Origin: Myxococcota bacterium
Lineage (GTDB): Bacteria; Myxococcota_A; UBA9160; UBA4427
DNA length: 64,000 nucleotides
Reading direction: 5' to 3'
NCBI GenBank assembly: GCA_046583095.1
Contig: JAYGDB010000008.1
Span: 33,164 to 97,163, forward strand
Made by a program: the position numbers and the translations under genes. The notes beneath the pieces are model-generated. The model made no database searches. It had not been told where the DNA came from and worked only from the letters and a program-made list of their open reading frames with translations. Shown here piece by piece: positions 55,059-64,000 of the stretch. Numbering within the stretch: the stretch's first letter is position 1; each line of letters begins with the position of its first letter.

Positions 55059-57449
55059 ATGAGCTTCCGCGTCACGCAGAAGACGCTCGAAAGCCTGGAG
55101 TGGCCGCAGGTCGCTCGACGACTGCGCGAAGAATGCCGCACCCCCCGGCAAGAAACCGGCAACTCGTTCGCCGACTTCGCGGAGGGCCTGAGCGAGGTGA
55201 AAGCTCGTCTCACCGAGACGAGCGAGGCTCGCGCTCTGCTCGACGGCGATCAGGTCGCGCCCCTCGGCGGAGTGGTCGAGCTGTACGCGGCCTTCCAACA
55301 CGCCGAAAAGGGCGGCACGCTGACGCCGCAGCAGCTCCTCGATGTGCGCTCCACGCTCGTCGCCCTCCACGAAACGAAACGCTTCCTGGAAGGAAACGCC
55401 GAGCAGGCACCGCAGCTCGCCGCGCAGGCTTCGATCCTTTCGGATCGCCGCGCGCTGGAGCGGGACATCGACCAGTCGATCGACTCCGCCGGAGAAGTGC
55501 GCGACGAAGCATCGGCCGCACTCGCCTCGGCTCGGCGCGAGAGCAACCAGCTCGCGGGCGATCTCCAGCTCCGCCTTGCCCGTTACCTGCAGGACCCGGA
55601 AGTCTCGCCGAGCCTGTCCGACGACTTCTACACGGTGCGCAACGATCGCTACGTGCTGCCCGTCCGAGCGGACGCCAAGGGCGCCGTGCGCGGCATCGTC
55701 CACGACGCATCGCGCTCGGGAACGACTCTCTTCATCGAGCCGGAGGCCGTGGTCGAACTCAACAACAAGCTCAAGCAGGCAGAACTCGCCGTCGCTCGCG
55801 AGAGTTTCCGGGTTCTGCGCGATCTCACCGCACAGGTGGCCGAGGAGGCGCCCGAGCTGCTCGCCGACATCGAATTGCTCGCCCACATCGATCTCGCCTT
55901 CGCGCGCGGACGGCTATCGCAACAGATGCAGGCCGTAGAGCCCCGGGTCGAGAGAGACGGCGTATTCCGATTGGTGCAGCTGCGCCACCCGCTGCTGGAT
56001 CCCGATGAGGCCGTCCCCAACGACCTCCACTTGGGAGAGGACTGGCACGTGCTGGTGATCTCCGGGCCGAACGCCGGGGGCAAGACTGTCGCCCTCAAGT
56101 CCCTCGGGCTCGCGGCACTCTTCGTGCGCGCAGGCCTTCACGTCCCTGCGGATCGCGGCGCTCGGGTCGCGCTGGTCGACGACCTGCTGGCGGATATCGG
56201 CGACGGCCAGGACATGCGCGAGAGCCTGTCGACGTTCTCGGCCCACATGGTCAACCTCGCCACCATCGTCGGCGCAGCGGCGCGGAACACCCTCGCGCTG
56301 CTCGACGAGGTCGGCGTCGGCACCGACCCAGGAGAAGGCGCCGCGCTCGCGCAAGCGGTGCTCGAGACCCTCGCCGACGCGGGAACACGGGTTGTCGCCA
56401 CCACCCACTACAACCTCCTCAAGGAGATGGCGGCCGTAGACCCCCGCTTCTGCAACGCGAGCGTCGACTTCGATCCCGAAACCCTGGCACCCACCTATCG
56501 GCTTCACCTCGGTACGCCCGGCGCATCGTCGGCGACGGCGGTCGCAGCGCGCATGGGCATGCCGCCCGCGGTTCTCGAACGCGCGAACGCGCTGCAGAAC
56601 CGCGAGGACCGCAGGCTGGATCGCATGCTCTCAGAGCTCGCCGCGAGCCGCGCCGCCCTCGAAGCGGAGCAACGCGAACTCGAGGCTGCTCGCCTCGCAG
56701 GCGAGAACGTGCGCGACGAGTACCGGGAGAAGCTCGAGCGACTGCAGGAGCGGCGCGACAAGCTCTTCGTCTCCATGCGCGAGGATCTCGATGCCGCCTT
56801 CAAGCAAGCACATGGGGAGGTCGCGACGGTAATCCGCGATCTACAGCGGAAGGGCACCGCCCAGGACGCCGCTCGGGCGAGGTCCAAGCTCGAGGATCTT
56901 CAGCAGAAAGCACGCGAGGCGGAGACTCTGGCCGGCGTCCATCACGAAGAGGGCCCGCGGCCCGACGCCGTAGATTGGCGTCACGCCAAGCCGGGCGATC
57001 GGGTTGGCATTCCGGGCGGTGGCACCGGGGTGCTTTCGGCTCTGCCGGATCAGAAAGGACGCGTTCGAGTGAAGACCGACAGCGCCACGATTGTCGTGCT
57101 CTCCGACAAGCTGGCGGCGGTCGCAAAGCCGACCCCCAAACCCGAGCGCAATCGCGTTCGCTTCGAGACAGCAGCGGGCGCCGAGACCCACCGCGGCGGC
57201 GGTACGCTCCACTGCGACCTGCGCGGGCTACGCGTCGAAGAGGCACGCGAGAAGGTGGTCGAGGCGCTCGATCGCGCTCTCGCCGATGACCGGGCCGCCG
57301 TGGAATTCATTCACGGGGTCGGCACCGGCGCCCTGCGGCAGACGGTTCGCGAAGAACTCGCCGCATCCACCTACGTGACCGACGTCCAGTCGGGCGACCC
57401 GGATCACGGCGGTGACGGGGTCACGACGGCGATGGTCGATCGGTCCTAG
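55059..57449 (+). CDS. mutS2: Endonuclease MutS2 (MutS domain V plus C-terminal Smr)
   Basis: 796 aa; VISGPNAGGKTVALKSLGLAALF, LLDEVGVGTDPGEGAAL, C-terminal Smr (CDLRGLRVEEAREKV...FIHGVGTGALR). Confidence 0.9.
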   Translation: MSFRVTQKTLESLEWPQVARRLREECRTPRQETGNSFADFAEGLSEVKARLTETSEARALLDGDQVAPLGGVVELYAAFQHAEKGGTLTPQQLLDVRSTLVALHETKRFLEGNAEQAPQLAAQASILSDRRALERDIDQSIDSAGEVRDEASAALASARRESNQLAGDLQLRLARYLQDPEVSPSLSDDFYTVRNDRYVLPVRADAKGAVRGIVHDASRSGTTLFIEPEAVVELNNKLKQAELAVARESFRVLRDLTAQVAEEAPELLADIELLAHIDLAFARGRLSQQMQAVEPRVERDGVFRLVQLRHPLLDPDEAVPNDLHLGEDWHVLVISGPNAGGKTVALKSLGLAALFVRAGLHVPADRGARVALVDDLLADIGDGQDMRESLSTFSAHMVNLATIVGAAARNTLALLDEVGVGTDPGEGAALAQAVLETLADAGTRVVATTHYNLLKEMAAVDPRFCNASVDFDPETLAPTYRLHLGTPGASSATAVAARMGMPPAVLERANALQNREDRRLDRMLSELAASRAALEAEQRELEAARLAGENVRDEYREKLERLQERRDKLFVSMREDLDAAFKQAHGEVATVIRDLQRKGTAQDAARARSKLEDLQQKAREAETLAGVHHEEGPRPDAVDWRHAKPGDRVGIPGGGTGVLSALPDQKGRVRVKTDSATIVVLSDKLAAVAKPTPKPERNRVRFETAAGAETHRGGGTLHCDLRGLRVEEAREKVVEALDRALADDRAAVEFIHGVGTGALRQTVREELAASTYVTDVQSGDPDHGGDGVTTAMVDRS

Positions 57450-58813
57450 GAGCCCAGATCGGAGACGATCGCGGTGGCGGCGCGAACCCCCGAGGCTACC
57501 GCGTCTTCGAAGCGCGGCCCTGCCAGGTAGTCGCCCGCGAAGTAGAGCCGGCGCCCGAGTCGGCGCCGGTCCTGCTGAACACGCTGAAAGCGCGCCAGCT
57601 CCCGGTAGGCCCCGACCTCGAATCGCGGCACGCCTAGGGGGTCCCGGTGGAGCGCGGTCGCTCGCAGCGACCGACGCAGCGATGGAAAGATCCGGTCGAG
57701 CGACGACAGCAGCGACCGCTCGATGTGATCGTCGTCGGCGCTCGCGTTCTGCTCGGCCCAGGATTGCCGCGCGCACAAGGTCACGCGGGCGCCTCCCTCG
57801 CGCGCCCGGCCGCCCGGAACCCCGGGCTCGACGAGCAGCACCTCGATCGGGCTGGCCTCTACGTGTGGAACCCGCAAGAGCTGTGGAAGGCCCGTGAGGG
57901 GACGGCTCGTCGCAACGCTCAGCGTGACAAGAGGAGCCGAGCGCACGCCTGCAAGGAAGTCTCGTTCGGCGGGGGTCGCGACTCCGGCCGCAAGTCGTCC
58001 GGCTTCGCCGGCGGATGTCGCCAGCACCAACGCGTCGATCTCCGCGACCTCATCGACGCACTCGAGCGCCAAGCGACCCGATGAGAGCTCCTTGATCTGT
58101 TCGGCGCGAATCTGCATCCGAACGTCGAGTCCTTGCGCCGCTGCAGCCGCCAACTCGCCGAGGGCTCGCGCCGGCATCCCCAGGCGGGCAGCACCGCAGC
58201 GCGACGCCTGCCAGTGCAGCAGAAACGCGACCCGCGAGAGTTCACGCTCGTCACCCAGCGTGTCCGCAGTCACGCGAGGCGTAACGAAGCGCTCGAAGAC
58301 CGAGCGTCCGAAATACAGGCGCGCGAAGTCAGCCACGCTGCGATAGTCGAGATCGGCCGCCATCTCGGGCCGCTCCGGATCGAGCAGCGCCGAGTAGCGC
58401 CGCATCAGCCGCGGAAGCCGCAACAGGCGCGCCCGATCGCGCCAGCGGACACCCGCAGTGCGGCCGATCTCCGCCAGACCGCGGGCTCCCGTTGCGACGA
58501 TCCGACCGGCATGGAGCTGGGCGGTGTGAACCGAGCGCAGCGGCAGGAGCGAGTCGCCGACCTCCAGCTCTTGCATCCACGAGAGCAGACGCCGGTCCTC
58601 GAAGAGGAGCACCTGCAGTGAACGATCCACCGCAAGGCCGTCCCGTGAGACGAGGGCCGCCTTGCCACCGATCTCCTTCGCCTCCTCGACGACGAAGACA
58701 CGCGCCCCGGCGGCGCTCAGCTGAGACGCCGCGCGAAGACCCGCCAGGCCTGCGCCCACGACGCCGACCTGTCGGCCGGCGAGAGGTTGTGTCTGGAGCG
58801 GGGGGGCACTCAC
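57446..58813 (-). CDS. FAD-dependent oxidoreductase, protoporphyrinogen-oxidase/amine-oxidase-like
   Basis: 455 aa, GTG start. VGVVGAGLAGLRAASQLSAAGARVFVVEEAKEIGGK dinucleotide-binding motif; C-terminal LYFAGDYLAGPRFEDAVASG. Confidence 0.75.
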   Translation of the reverse strand: MSAPPLQTQPLAGRQVGVVGAGLAGLRAASQLSAAGARVFVVEEAKEIGGKAALVSRDGLAVDRSLQVLLFEDRRLLSWMQELEVGDSLLPLRSVHTAQLHAGRIVATGARGLAEIGRTAGVRWRDRARLLRLPRLMRRYSALLDPERPEMAADLDYRSVADFARLYFGRSVFERFVTPRVTADTLGDERELSRVAFLLHWQASRCGAARLGMPARALGELAAAAAQGLDVRMQIRAEQIKELSSGRLALECVDEVAEIDALVLATSAGEAGRLAAGVATPAERDFLAGVRSAPLVTLSVATSRPLTGLPQLLRVPHVEASPIEVLLVEPGVPGGRAREGGARVTLCARQSWAEQNASADDDHIERSLLSSLDRIFPSLRRSLRATALHRDPLGVPRFEVGAYRELARFQRVQQDRRRLGRRLYFAGDYLAGPRFEDAVASGVRAATAIVSDLGS

Positions 58814-58825
58814 GGGCGGCGCAGC

Positions 58826-61432
58826 TTAGCGCGGCTCGGAGACAGCCGGGAGCGGCCGGCCTGCGCGAACGGCCTCCAGGCAATCGATTACCTCGTGGAG
58901 GTTCTCGAAGGGCACGAACGGCTCGCCACGCTCGAGCAGGGCCGCCACCAGGGTGTCCTTCTCGCCGTGTCGCGCGAACGTGATATCTGCGGCCCGGGCG
59001 CCGCACAGATCCGAAACCCGGCCGTTGCCGATGTGCACGCACAGCGAGTTCGGATGCCTCGTCCGGAAATCAGAGATGATGCGACCCTTGCAGGTTCCCG
59101 TCCCGCAGCCACAGCTTTCATCCGGATGCCCCGGCCGGATGCTCCAGGCACCTCTCTGGTAGACAAGATGATTCGCTCGATAGTCGAAGTCGATGCGGTG
59201 AATGCTCTGAAACTTCTCGAGGTTGTGATCGAATCCGTCGGACAGGATCTGGAACGGAACCTCGCGCTCGTTGCACCACGCCACCAGCTCCCGGCTGCCC
59301 GGATCGAGTTCGACTCCCTGCAGGAACGCATCGAGAACGTCCTCGGGCAGGACGAAGCCATCGAGCAGCTCCTCCGCATAGCCCCACGGCGTGAGTTCAC
59401 CGGACTCGTAGCGCCCCCAGAGGAGTTCACGCCGATCCGGAATGTGCTCCTGGGCCAGGCTCGAACCGATGTCCTGGATCAGGAACGTGCCGTCGAAGTC
59501 GCAGAAGACCGCGAGCCGACGCACGCCCGAAGCCGTGACGACGCGGCTCTGGTGCGGCCCGGTCGTGTCGGGAAGCCCCTCGATGTGCGGAGCCGCACCC
59601 AGCTCGATCGCTCTCTCCTGGTCACCTCGGTTGAGCAGGCAGACCGTTGCATCGACACCTCGTGACGTGAAGAGCACGCCCGGGCTCTCGTTCGCGAGCA
59701 GATCGCCGACCCGCGTCACGCCGCGCGTGTCCGCGCCGTCCACCAGCGCGGCGCGGCTCGCGCACTCCCGGATCAGCGCGCGGCTGTCCTCGTCGAGTTC
59801 GGGAACGTCGTCGGACACCAGCACCATCCCACCCGTCGCCGCTATCGCGTCTGCCAGGCAGCGGGCCTCGCCGGCGCTGAGCTGGGTGTTCTCCCGGCGC
59901 GCCATCAGGCAGTCCGGATCGTTCAGCCACAGGCGCCGGTGCATCCAGGCGCGATGCACGATGCTCTGGATGGCGGTCTTCGTTGCGGGCACGGTCGGCT
60001 CCAGGCCAGGAATGACGCCCTCGGCATCGGCTTGCCAATACGGCGCCACGTCAGGTCCGATTCGCATGGCATCGACGATCCCGACGGCCGGACCCAGCGG
60101 CGATCCGCAGCCCAGCAGGAAAGCGTCGTCTCCGGCTCCCCTGCGGATGGCGCGGAGTCCGTCGCGCAGGCGTTCGGCGCGGGTCCGTCGCGGATCGTGA
60201 GCTTCCGCGAGCATTGCCGCCACGTGCAGAAAGTCGAGCTTGAGATAGCTGAAGCCCATCTCGACGAGCTGCCGGAAGGTCGATTCGAGGTGCGCGATCA
60301 CCTGCGGGAGGGTCGGGTCCAGCGCGTAGACCCAGAAATTCTCCGTCCAGGCGTTATGGGCCAGCCCGCGAAAGAAACGGTCTCCTTCGCGCAACAGCCA
60401 CTCGGGGTGCTCGTCGTGGATGCGGCTCTCGCTCACGATGCAGAAAGGGGCCGTCCAGATTCCAGCCGTGAAGCCCGCAGCTCGGATCTCCTTGCCGAGG
60501 GACGCCAGGCCGTGGGGAAATTTCTCGTTGGTCTCGAGCCAGTCGCCGATGGCGCGTTGGTAACCGTCGTCGAGTTGTACGATCTCGACCGGGATCTCGT
60601 CACGCGACTTCGCGAGGGCCTCGAGGTTGCGGAGGATATCCGTCTCGGTGACACCGTGGAAGAAGTGATACCAGCTGCACCAACCCACCCGGAACGGACT
60701 CGTCGTGCGAGCATTCGCGGCACGTCCCCACAGCTCGCCAAAGGACTCGAGGAGTCGGTTCGGATCGTCGCCAAGGGCCACCCGTACCGGGTCGAGAGTG
60801 CGAGATTCCCCGGCCGAGAGAGGCGTCTCGACGCGCTGCTCGACCTCGACGAGGACCGCATCACCCTCCCGACGGAGGTAGACGACCCCGAAGGTGTTGC
60901 CCCTTTCGAGCACGCCGGCCAGACACGCGGGGCGGCCGGGACCCGAGCCCGCCACGCTCAGCGTCGCCGATTCATGCCAGCCTGCTCGATCGGACGGGGG
61001 CTCGTTCACGACGTGGTGGATCCCGCGCAGCCAGTGGCCGGACGGGAACTCGGGCTCCCCCGCGTCGTCGAGCTCCTTCGTCGCCGTGAGCGACCAGGAC
61101 TGCCAGCCGTTGCGCAGGAAGCGGAGAACCCCCGGATCGTGTCCCGTCATCCGGAACCCCAGCACGACGCTGTCCACGAAGACGGGCTCGTCCCCCGGAT
61201 TGCGGATCGCCAACTCGAAGGTTGCGGCGTCGCCCTGACGCGCACAGTCGAGTTCCACCTCGAGTCTGCCCACACGCCGCACGCCCGTTCGCAACTCGTC
61301 GCGCGAGAAGTGAGCGATTGCCGTCCGCAGCGGCGGATTCGGGCCGGAGCCGCGGAAGGCCCGAACACCGATGCGAACCGGCGTGAGGCGAACGCTGCCC
61401 CCGTGCGTCAACATCGCGGACGGCCTCGACAT
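58826..61432 (-). CDS. Fusion protein: GH36 alpha-galactosidase domain plus C-terminal MtnX-like HAD phosphatase domain
   Basis: Track ORF trimmed to ATG 61432 (or 61414). GH36: NGWQSWS, GWCSWYHFFHGVTE, VQLDDGYQ, FSYLKLDFL, WLNDPDCLM. HAD: LAVFCDFDGT (59486-59500), ILSDGFDHN, CGCGTGTCKGRI, HIGNGRVSD. Confidence 0.8.
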   Translation of the reverse strand: MSRPSAMLTHGGSVRLTPVRIGVRAFRGSGPNPPLRTAIAHFSRDELRTGVRRVGRLEVELDCARQGDAATFELAIRNPGDEPVFVDSVVLGFRMTGHDPGVLRFLRNGWQSWSLTATKELDDAGEPEFPSGHWLRGIHHVVNEPPSDRAGWHESATLSVAGSGPGRPACLAGVLERGNTFGVVYLRREGDAVLVEVEQRVETPLSAGESRTLDPVRVALGDDPNRLLESFGELWGRAANARTTSPFRVGWCSWYHFFHGVTETDILRNLEALAKSRDEIPVEIVQLDDGYQRAIGDWLETNEKFPHGLASLGKEIRAAGFTAGIWTAPFCIVSESRIHDEHPEWLLREGDRFFRGLAHNAWTENFWVYALDPTLPQVIAHLESTFRQLVEMGFSYLKLDFLHVAAMLAEAHDPRRTRAERLRDGLRAIRRGAGDDAFLLGCGSPLGPAVGIVDAMRIGPDVAPYWQADAEGVIPGLEPTVPATKTAIQSIVHRAWMHRRLWLNDPDCLMARRENTQLSAGEARCLADAIAATGGMVLVSDDVPELDEDSRALIRECASRAALVDGADTRGVTRVGDLLANESPGVLFTSRGVDATVCLLNRGDQERAIELGAAPHIEGLPDTTGPHQSRVVTASGVRRLAVFCDFDGTFLIQDIGSSLAQEHIPDRRELLWGRYESGELTPWGYAEELLDGFVLPEDVLDAFLQGVELDPGSRELVAWCNEREVPFQILSDGFDHNLEKFQSIHRIDFDYRANHLVYQRGAWSIRPGHPDESCGCGTGTCKGRIISDFRTRHPNSLCVHIGNGRVSDLCGARAADITFARHGEKDTLVAALLERGEPFVPFENLHEVIDCLEAVRAGRPLPAVSEPR

Positions 61433-61481
61433 GGCCGCGGAGTATAGGCAGCTGCCCGATTCATGGAGTTCTCGCCTGGGC

Positions 61482-62354
61482 ATGGGCCCACCCATCCTGC
61501 TCGACGGCGCGCTCGGCACGGAACTCGAGCGGCGGGGCGTCCCGTCAGGCTTACCGCTCTGGTCCACCCAGGCGCTGCTCGAGGCCCCGGACGCCGTGGC
61601 GGCAATCCACCGGGACTACGTCTCGGCGGGAGCCGAGGTGTTGACCGCGGGTACCTTCCGAACCCAGCGGCGCACCCTCGCGCGAGCGGGACACGCCGGC
61701 CTCGAAGGGCAGGCCGCCGCGCTGACGAGACAGGCCGTGCTGCTCGCGCGGCAGGCGGCAGAAGCCGCACCGCGGAGCTGCTGGGTGGCGGGATCGGCGC
61801 CTCCTCTCGAGGATTGCTACCGACCGGACCTCGTACCGGACGATGACGTGGCAGCTGCCGAGCACGCGGAGCACATCGCGCATCTGGTCGAAGCCGGCGT
61901 CGACGTGATCGCCGTCGAGACGATGAACTGCGCGCGCGAAGCTCGGGTGGCCGCGCGGGCCGCCGCAGAGACGGGAGTTCCCTTCTGGGTGAGCTTCGTA
62001 TGTGGCGCCGATGGCTGTCTGCTGTCCGGCGAATCGCTGCAGACCGCGATCGAGGGGGTCCGCGACAGCGGCCCAACCGCGGTCGGAGTCAACTGCGTGC
62101 CAGCGTCCGACCTCAGGGCAAGCCTCACGGCCCTGCGTTCGTGCGGTCTCGACTTCCTCGTCTATGCGAACCTCGGCGCACCCGCGGCGGACGGCTCGCA
62201 CGCCGAGAAACCCGGGCCGACCGAGTTCGCAGCCGAGGTCAGCCGCTGGGCGCTCGCTGGCGCAGCCATCGTCGGCGGTTGCTGTGGCACGCAACCGGAC
62301 CACATTCGAGCAGCCGCCGACACGCTCACAGCTCGTACCCCAACAGACGGCTGA
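61482..62354 (+). CDS. Homocysteine S-methyltransferase
   Basis: Track ORF trimmed to ATG 61482 (MGPPILLDGALGTELERRG). LWSTQALL, IHRDYVSAGAEVLTAGTF, GVNCV, GGCCGTQPDHI (zinc-binding Cys residues). Confidence 0.85.
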   Translation: MGPPILLDGALGTELERRGVPSGLPLWSTQALLEAPDAVAAIHRDYVSAGAEVLTAGTFRTQRRTLARAGHAGLEGQAAALTRQAVLLARQAAEAAPRSCWVAGSAPPLEDCYRPDLVPDDDVAAAEHAEHIAHLVEAGVDVIAVETMNCAREARVAARAAAETGVPFWVSFVCGADGCLLSGESLQTAIEGVRDSGPTAVGVNCVPASDLRASLTALRSCGLDFLVYANLGAPAADGSHAEKPGPTEFAAEVSRWALAGAAIVGGCCGTQPDHIRAAADTLTARTPTDG

Positions 62355-62594
62355 ACAGCCCGCGCGCCAGCGGGGACGCAATTTGCGTCACGCACTGCGA
62401 CAGATCTGCGCGGCCCCTGCCGCCTCGACTCGAGCGGGCGGCGACGAGACCCCGACATTTCGCGCAGTTACGGTCCGGACGAGTTTCGGGAGCGTTCTGG
62501 CACACCGCTTGCTTCGACTCTCCCACGGAGGGGCACTGAACCCGCGGGAGCCCGCGCCTGCCAGCCCGCGGCTGCCGCTGGATCGAACTCAATG

Positions 62595-62672
62595 ACGCCC
62601 GGGACGGCAACCCCTCCCTTCGCACTGTGTGCGAGGAGTCGTCCCGGGCGTTTCTCGTTCGCTGCAACGCCC
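62595..62672 (+). promoter_or_regulatory. Extended stem-loop with weak U-tract plus an overlapping alternative hairpin, in the 350-nt gap upstream of the GH20 gene
   Basis: ACGCCCGGGACG (62595-62606) pairs with CGTCCCGGGCGT (62640-62651). Inner helix CTCC..TCGCAC-TGT-GTGCGA-GGAG, followed by TTCTCGTT. GGGCGTT (62646-62652) can alternatively pair with AACGCCC (62666-62672). Confidence 0.35.
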
Positions 62673-62704
62673 TTCCGGGTAACACATGGGGCTAGGCTTC
62701 CGGC

Positions 62705-64000
62705 ATGCCCGCGGCGCGATCGCTCCCGCCCCTCCTCCCGGCCCCCCGCAGCGTCCGGCGCCGGGCCGGTTCGTTCGTGATGCGGGACGGCACGCCGATC
62801 GTTCTGGCTCCCGACGCGGACTTCGTAGACTTCGAGACGGCCCGGGCGCTTTCAGACGAGGCCCGGAGAACGGCAGACGTCGCGCTCCCGATCGAGAGCC
62901 ATCGCGCCGGCGAGGCGCCAGGGCCCCACGTGGTCCTGCGACGGACCGACACGCTGCGGACCCCGGGCGAGGAGGCCTACCGCCTCTCCGTAACTCCGCA
63001 CCGAATCGAGATACTCGCCAGATCGTCCGCGGGCCTGCGCTGGGGTGTGGAGACGCTACGTCAGCTCGTCGATGTCCGGGGACGCGTTCCCGCCTGTACG
63101 GTCGATGACGCGCCGTCCCTATCTCTTCGCGGCATCATGCTCGACGTCTCGCGGGGCAAGGTGCCGCGACCGGACACCCTGCGCGAGATCATCGATCTGT
63201 GTGCACGCACCAAGTTGAACGTGCTGATGTTGTATACGGAACACACCTTCCGCTTCCGGCGACACCCGAAGATCGGTGCCCAGGATTCGCCCCTCGACGC
63301 CGAGACGATGCGTGAACTCGACGCCTACGCGGCCGCTCGGTGCGTCGATCTGATTCCGTGCCTGCAATCCCTCGGACACATGTCTCACGTTCTCGAGCAT
63401 GACGAGTACAAGCATCTCGACGAGACGGACGAGGGCTGGACCCTGTCTCCCGCGGAACCCGGCACCTACGAGCTGCTTCGAGACCTGTACGACGAATACC
63501 TGCCGAACTTCCGTTCGAGCTGGCTGAACGCAAACTGTGACGAGCCCTGGGATCTGTGCCGCGGGAAGTCGAAGGCCCGCGAGGAACAACTCGGTCCCGG
63601 CGGCGTCTATCTCGAGCACGTCGGCCGCCTACAGGAGCTGGCCGCTGCGAACGGCAAGCGCACCATGATCTGGGGCGACGTCGTACACGCGCACCCGGAG
63701 CGGATTCCGCAGATCGATCGGGATCTCGTCCTGCTGGACTGGTGGTACGAGGCCGAGTTCGACTTCGATCGGGTGAAGGTCTTTCTCGAGAACGACATCG
63801 AGTTCCTGGTCTGCCCGGGCACGTCCAGCTGGAACTGCCTGTTCCCTCGCGTCGAGACGAGCAACCTCAACATCGAACGCTGGGCAGCCGCTGCACGCCG
63901 CCATGGAGCGAAGGGCCTGATCAACACCGACTGGGGGGATTACGGACACTACAACCTCCAGGGCAACTCCTGGTTCGCGTACGCCTACGGGGCAGAGCAG
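62705..64000 (+). CDS. GH20 beta-N-acetylhexosaminidase-like protein; C-terminus runs off the window end
   Basis: Not in ORF track (no stop in window). Own translation from ATG 62705: MPAARSLPPLLPAPRSVRRRAGSFV...YRLSVTPHRIEILARSSAGLRWGVETLRQL...VDDAPSLSLRGIMLDVSRGKVP...LNVLMLYTEHTFRF...IPCLQSLGHMSHVL...NANCDEPWDL...WGD. GH20-type N-domain and TIM-barrel motifs. Confidence 0.8.
   Translation, partial: MPAARSLPPLLPAPRSVRRRAGSFVMRDGTPIVLAPDADFVDFETARALSDEARRTADVALPIESHRAGEAPGPHVVLRRTDTLRTPGEEAYRLSVTPHRIEILARSSAGLRWGVETLRQLVDVRGRVPACTVDDAPSLSLRGIMLDVSRGKVPRPDTLREIIDLCARTKLNVLMLYTEHTFRFRRHPKIGAQDSPLDAETMRELDAYAAARCVDLIPCLQSLGHMSHVLEHDEYKHLDETDEGWTLSPAEPGTYELLRDLYDEYLPNFRSSWLNANCDEPWDLCRGKSKAREEQLGPGGVYLEHVGRLQELAAANGKRTMIWGDVVHAHPERIPQIDRDLVLLDWWYEAEFDFDRVKVFLENDIEFLVCPGTSSWNCLFPRVETSNLNIERWAAAARRHGAKGLINTDWGDYGHYNLQGNSWFAYAYGAEQ

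Noticed and set aside
62326-62685. 119-aa minus ORF and 62592-62780 plus ORF in the gap before the GH20 gene
   Set aside because: The translations are Arg/Ser/Pro-rich with no motifs. The region is better explained by RNA structure and the GH20 5' UTR.
1-64000. Search by eye for CRISPR arrays, tandem repeats, IS elements, integrases, toxin-antitoxin pairs or defence-system ATPases and nucleases
   Set aside because: I found no direct-repeat/spacer pattern and recognised no transposase or integrase motif. The only helicase or nuclease genes (uvrD, mutS2) look like housekeeping genes with normal neighbours. A computational repeat scan would still be needed to exclude short dispersed repeats.

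Overview
High-GC (roughly two-thirds G+C by eye), densely coding bacterial chromosomal window. The ORF track is full of long antisense shadow ORFs and over-extended N-termini, so calls rest on protein motifs I recognise, GC3 and gene junctions; several starts were re-derived by hand. I recognised no rRNA, tRNA, CRISPR array, transposase or integrase. Layout: (i) 1-2000, larE-like PP-loop gene (partial) and ddl. (ii) About 2.0-46.0 kb, a very large envelope-glycosylation island. It holds five consecutive TPR proteins, about eleven GT-C-like polytopic membrane proteins and five intact GT2 genes plus one internally deleted GT2. It also holds a flippase-like protein, two SAM methyltransferases, two Thr-type sulfatase-fold proteins, galE and an oxidoreductase/aminotransferase amino-sugar pair. 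One of the GT-C-like proteins is an AglB/STT3-type homolog whose WWDYG motif reads HANLG. I recognised no Wzx/Wzy/Wzz, ABC exporter or initiating phosphoglycosyltransferase. uvrD sits inside the tail of this island. (iii) 46-64 kb, housekeeping and carbon metabolism: glmS, glmU, hflX, fabH, a phasin-like gene behind an AT-rich promoter island, gcdH, murQ and mutS2. This part also has a protoporphyrinogen-oxidase-like flavoprotein, a GH36 alpha-galactosidase fused to an MtnX-like HAD phosphatase, a homocysteine S-methyltransferase and a partial GH20 hexosaminidase. Best candidate for something new: the island itself, read as many parallel polyprenol-phosphate-sugar to periplasmic GT-C transfer modules with TPR acceptor-capture domains. 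Within it, an Arn-like operon (26165 to 19725) ends in the WWDYG-less AglB homolog. All family assignments are from recall of motifs, not database searches.
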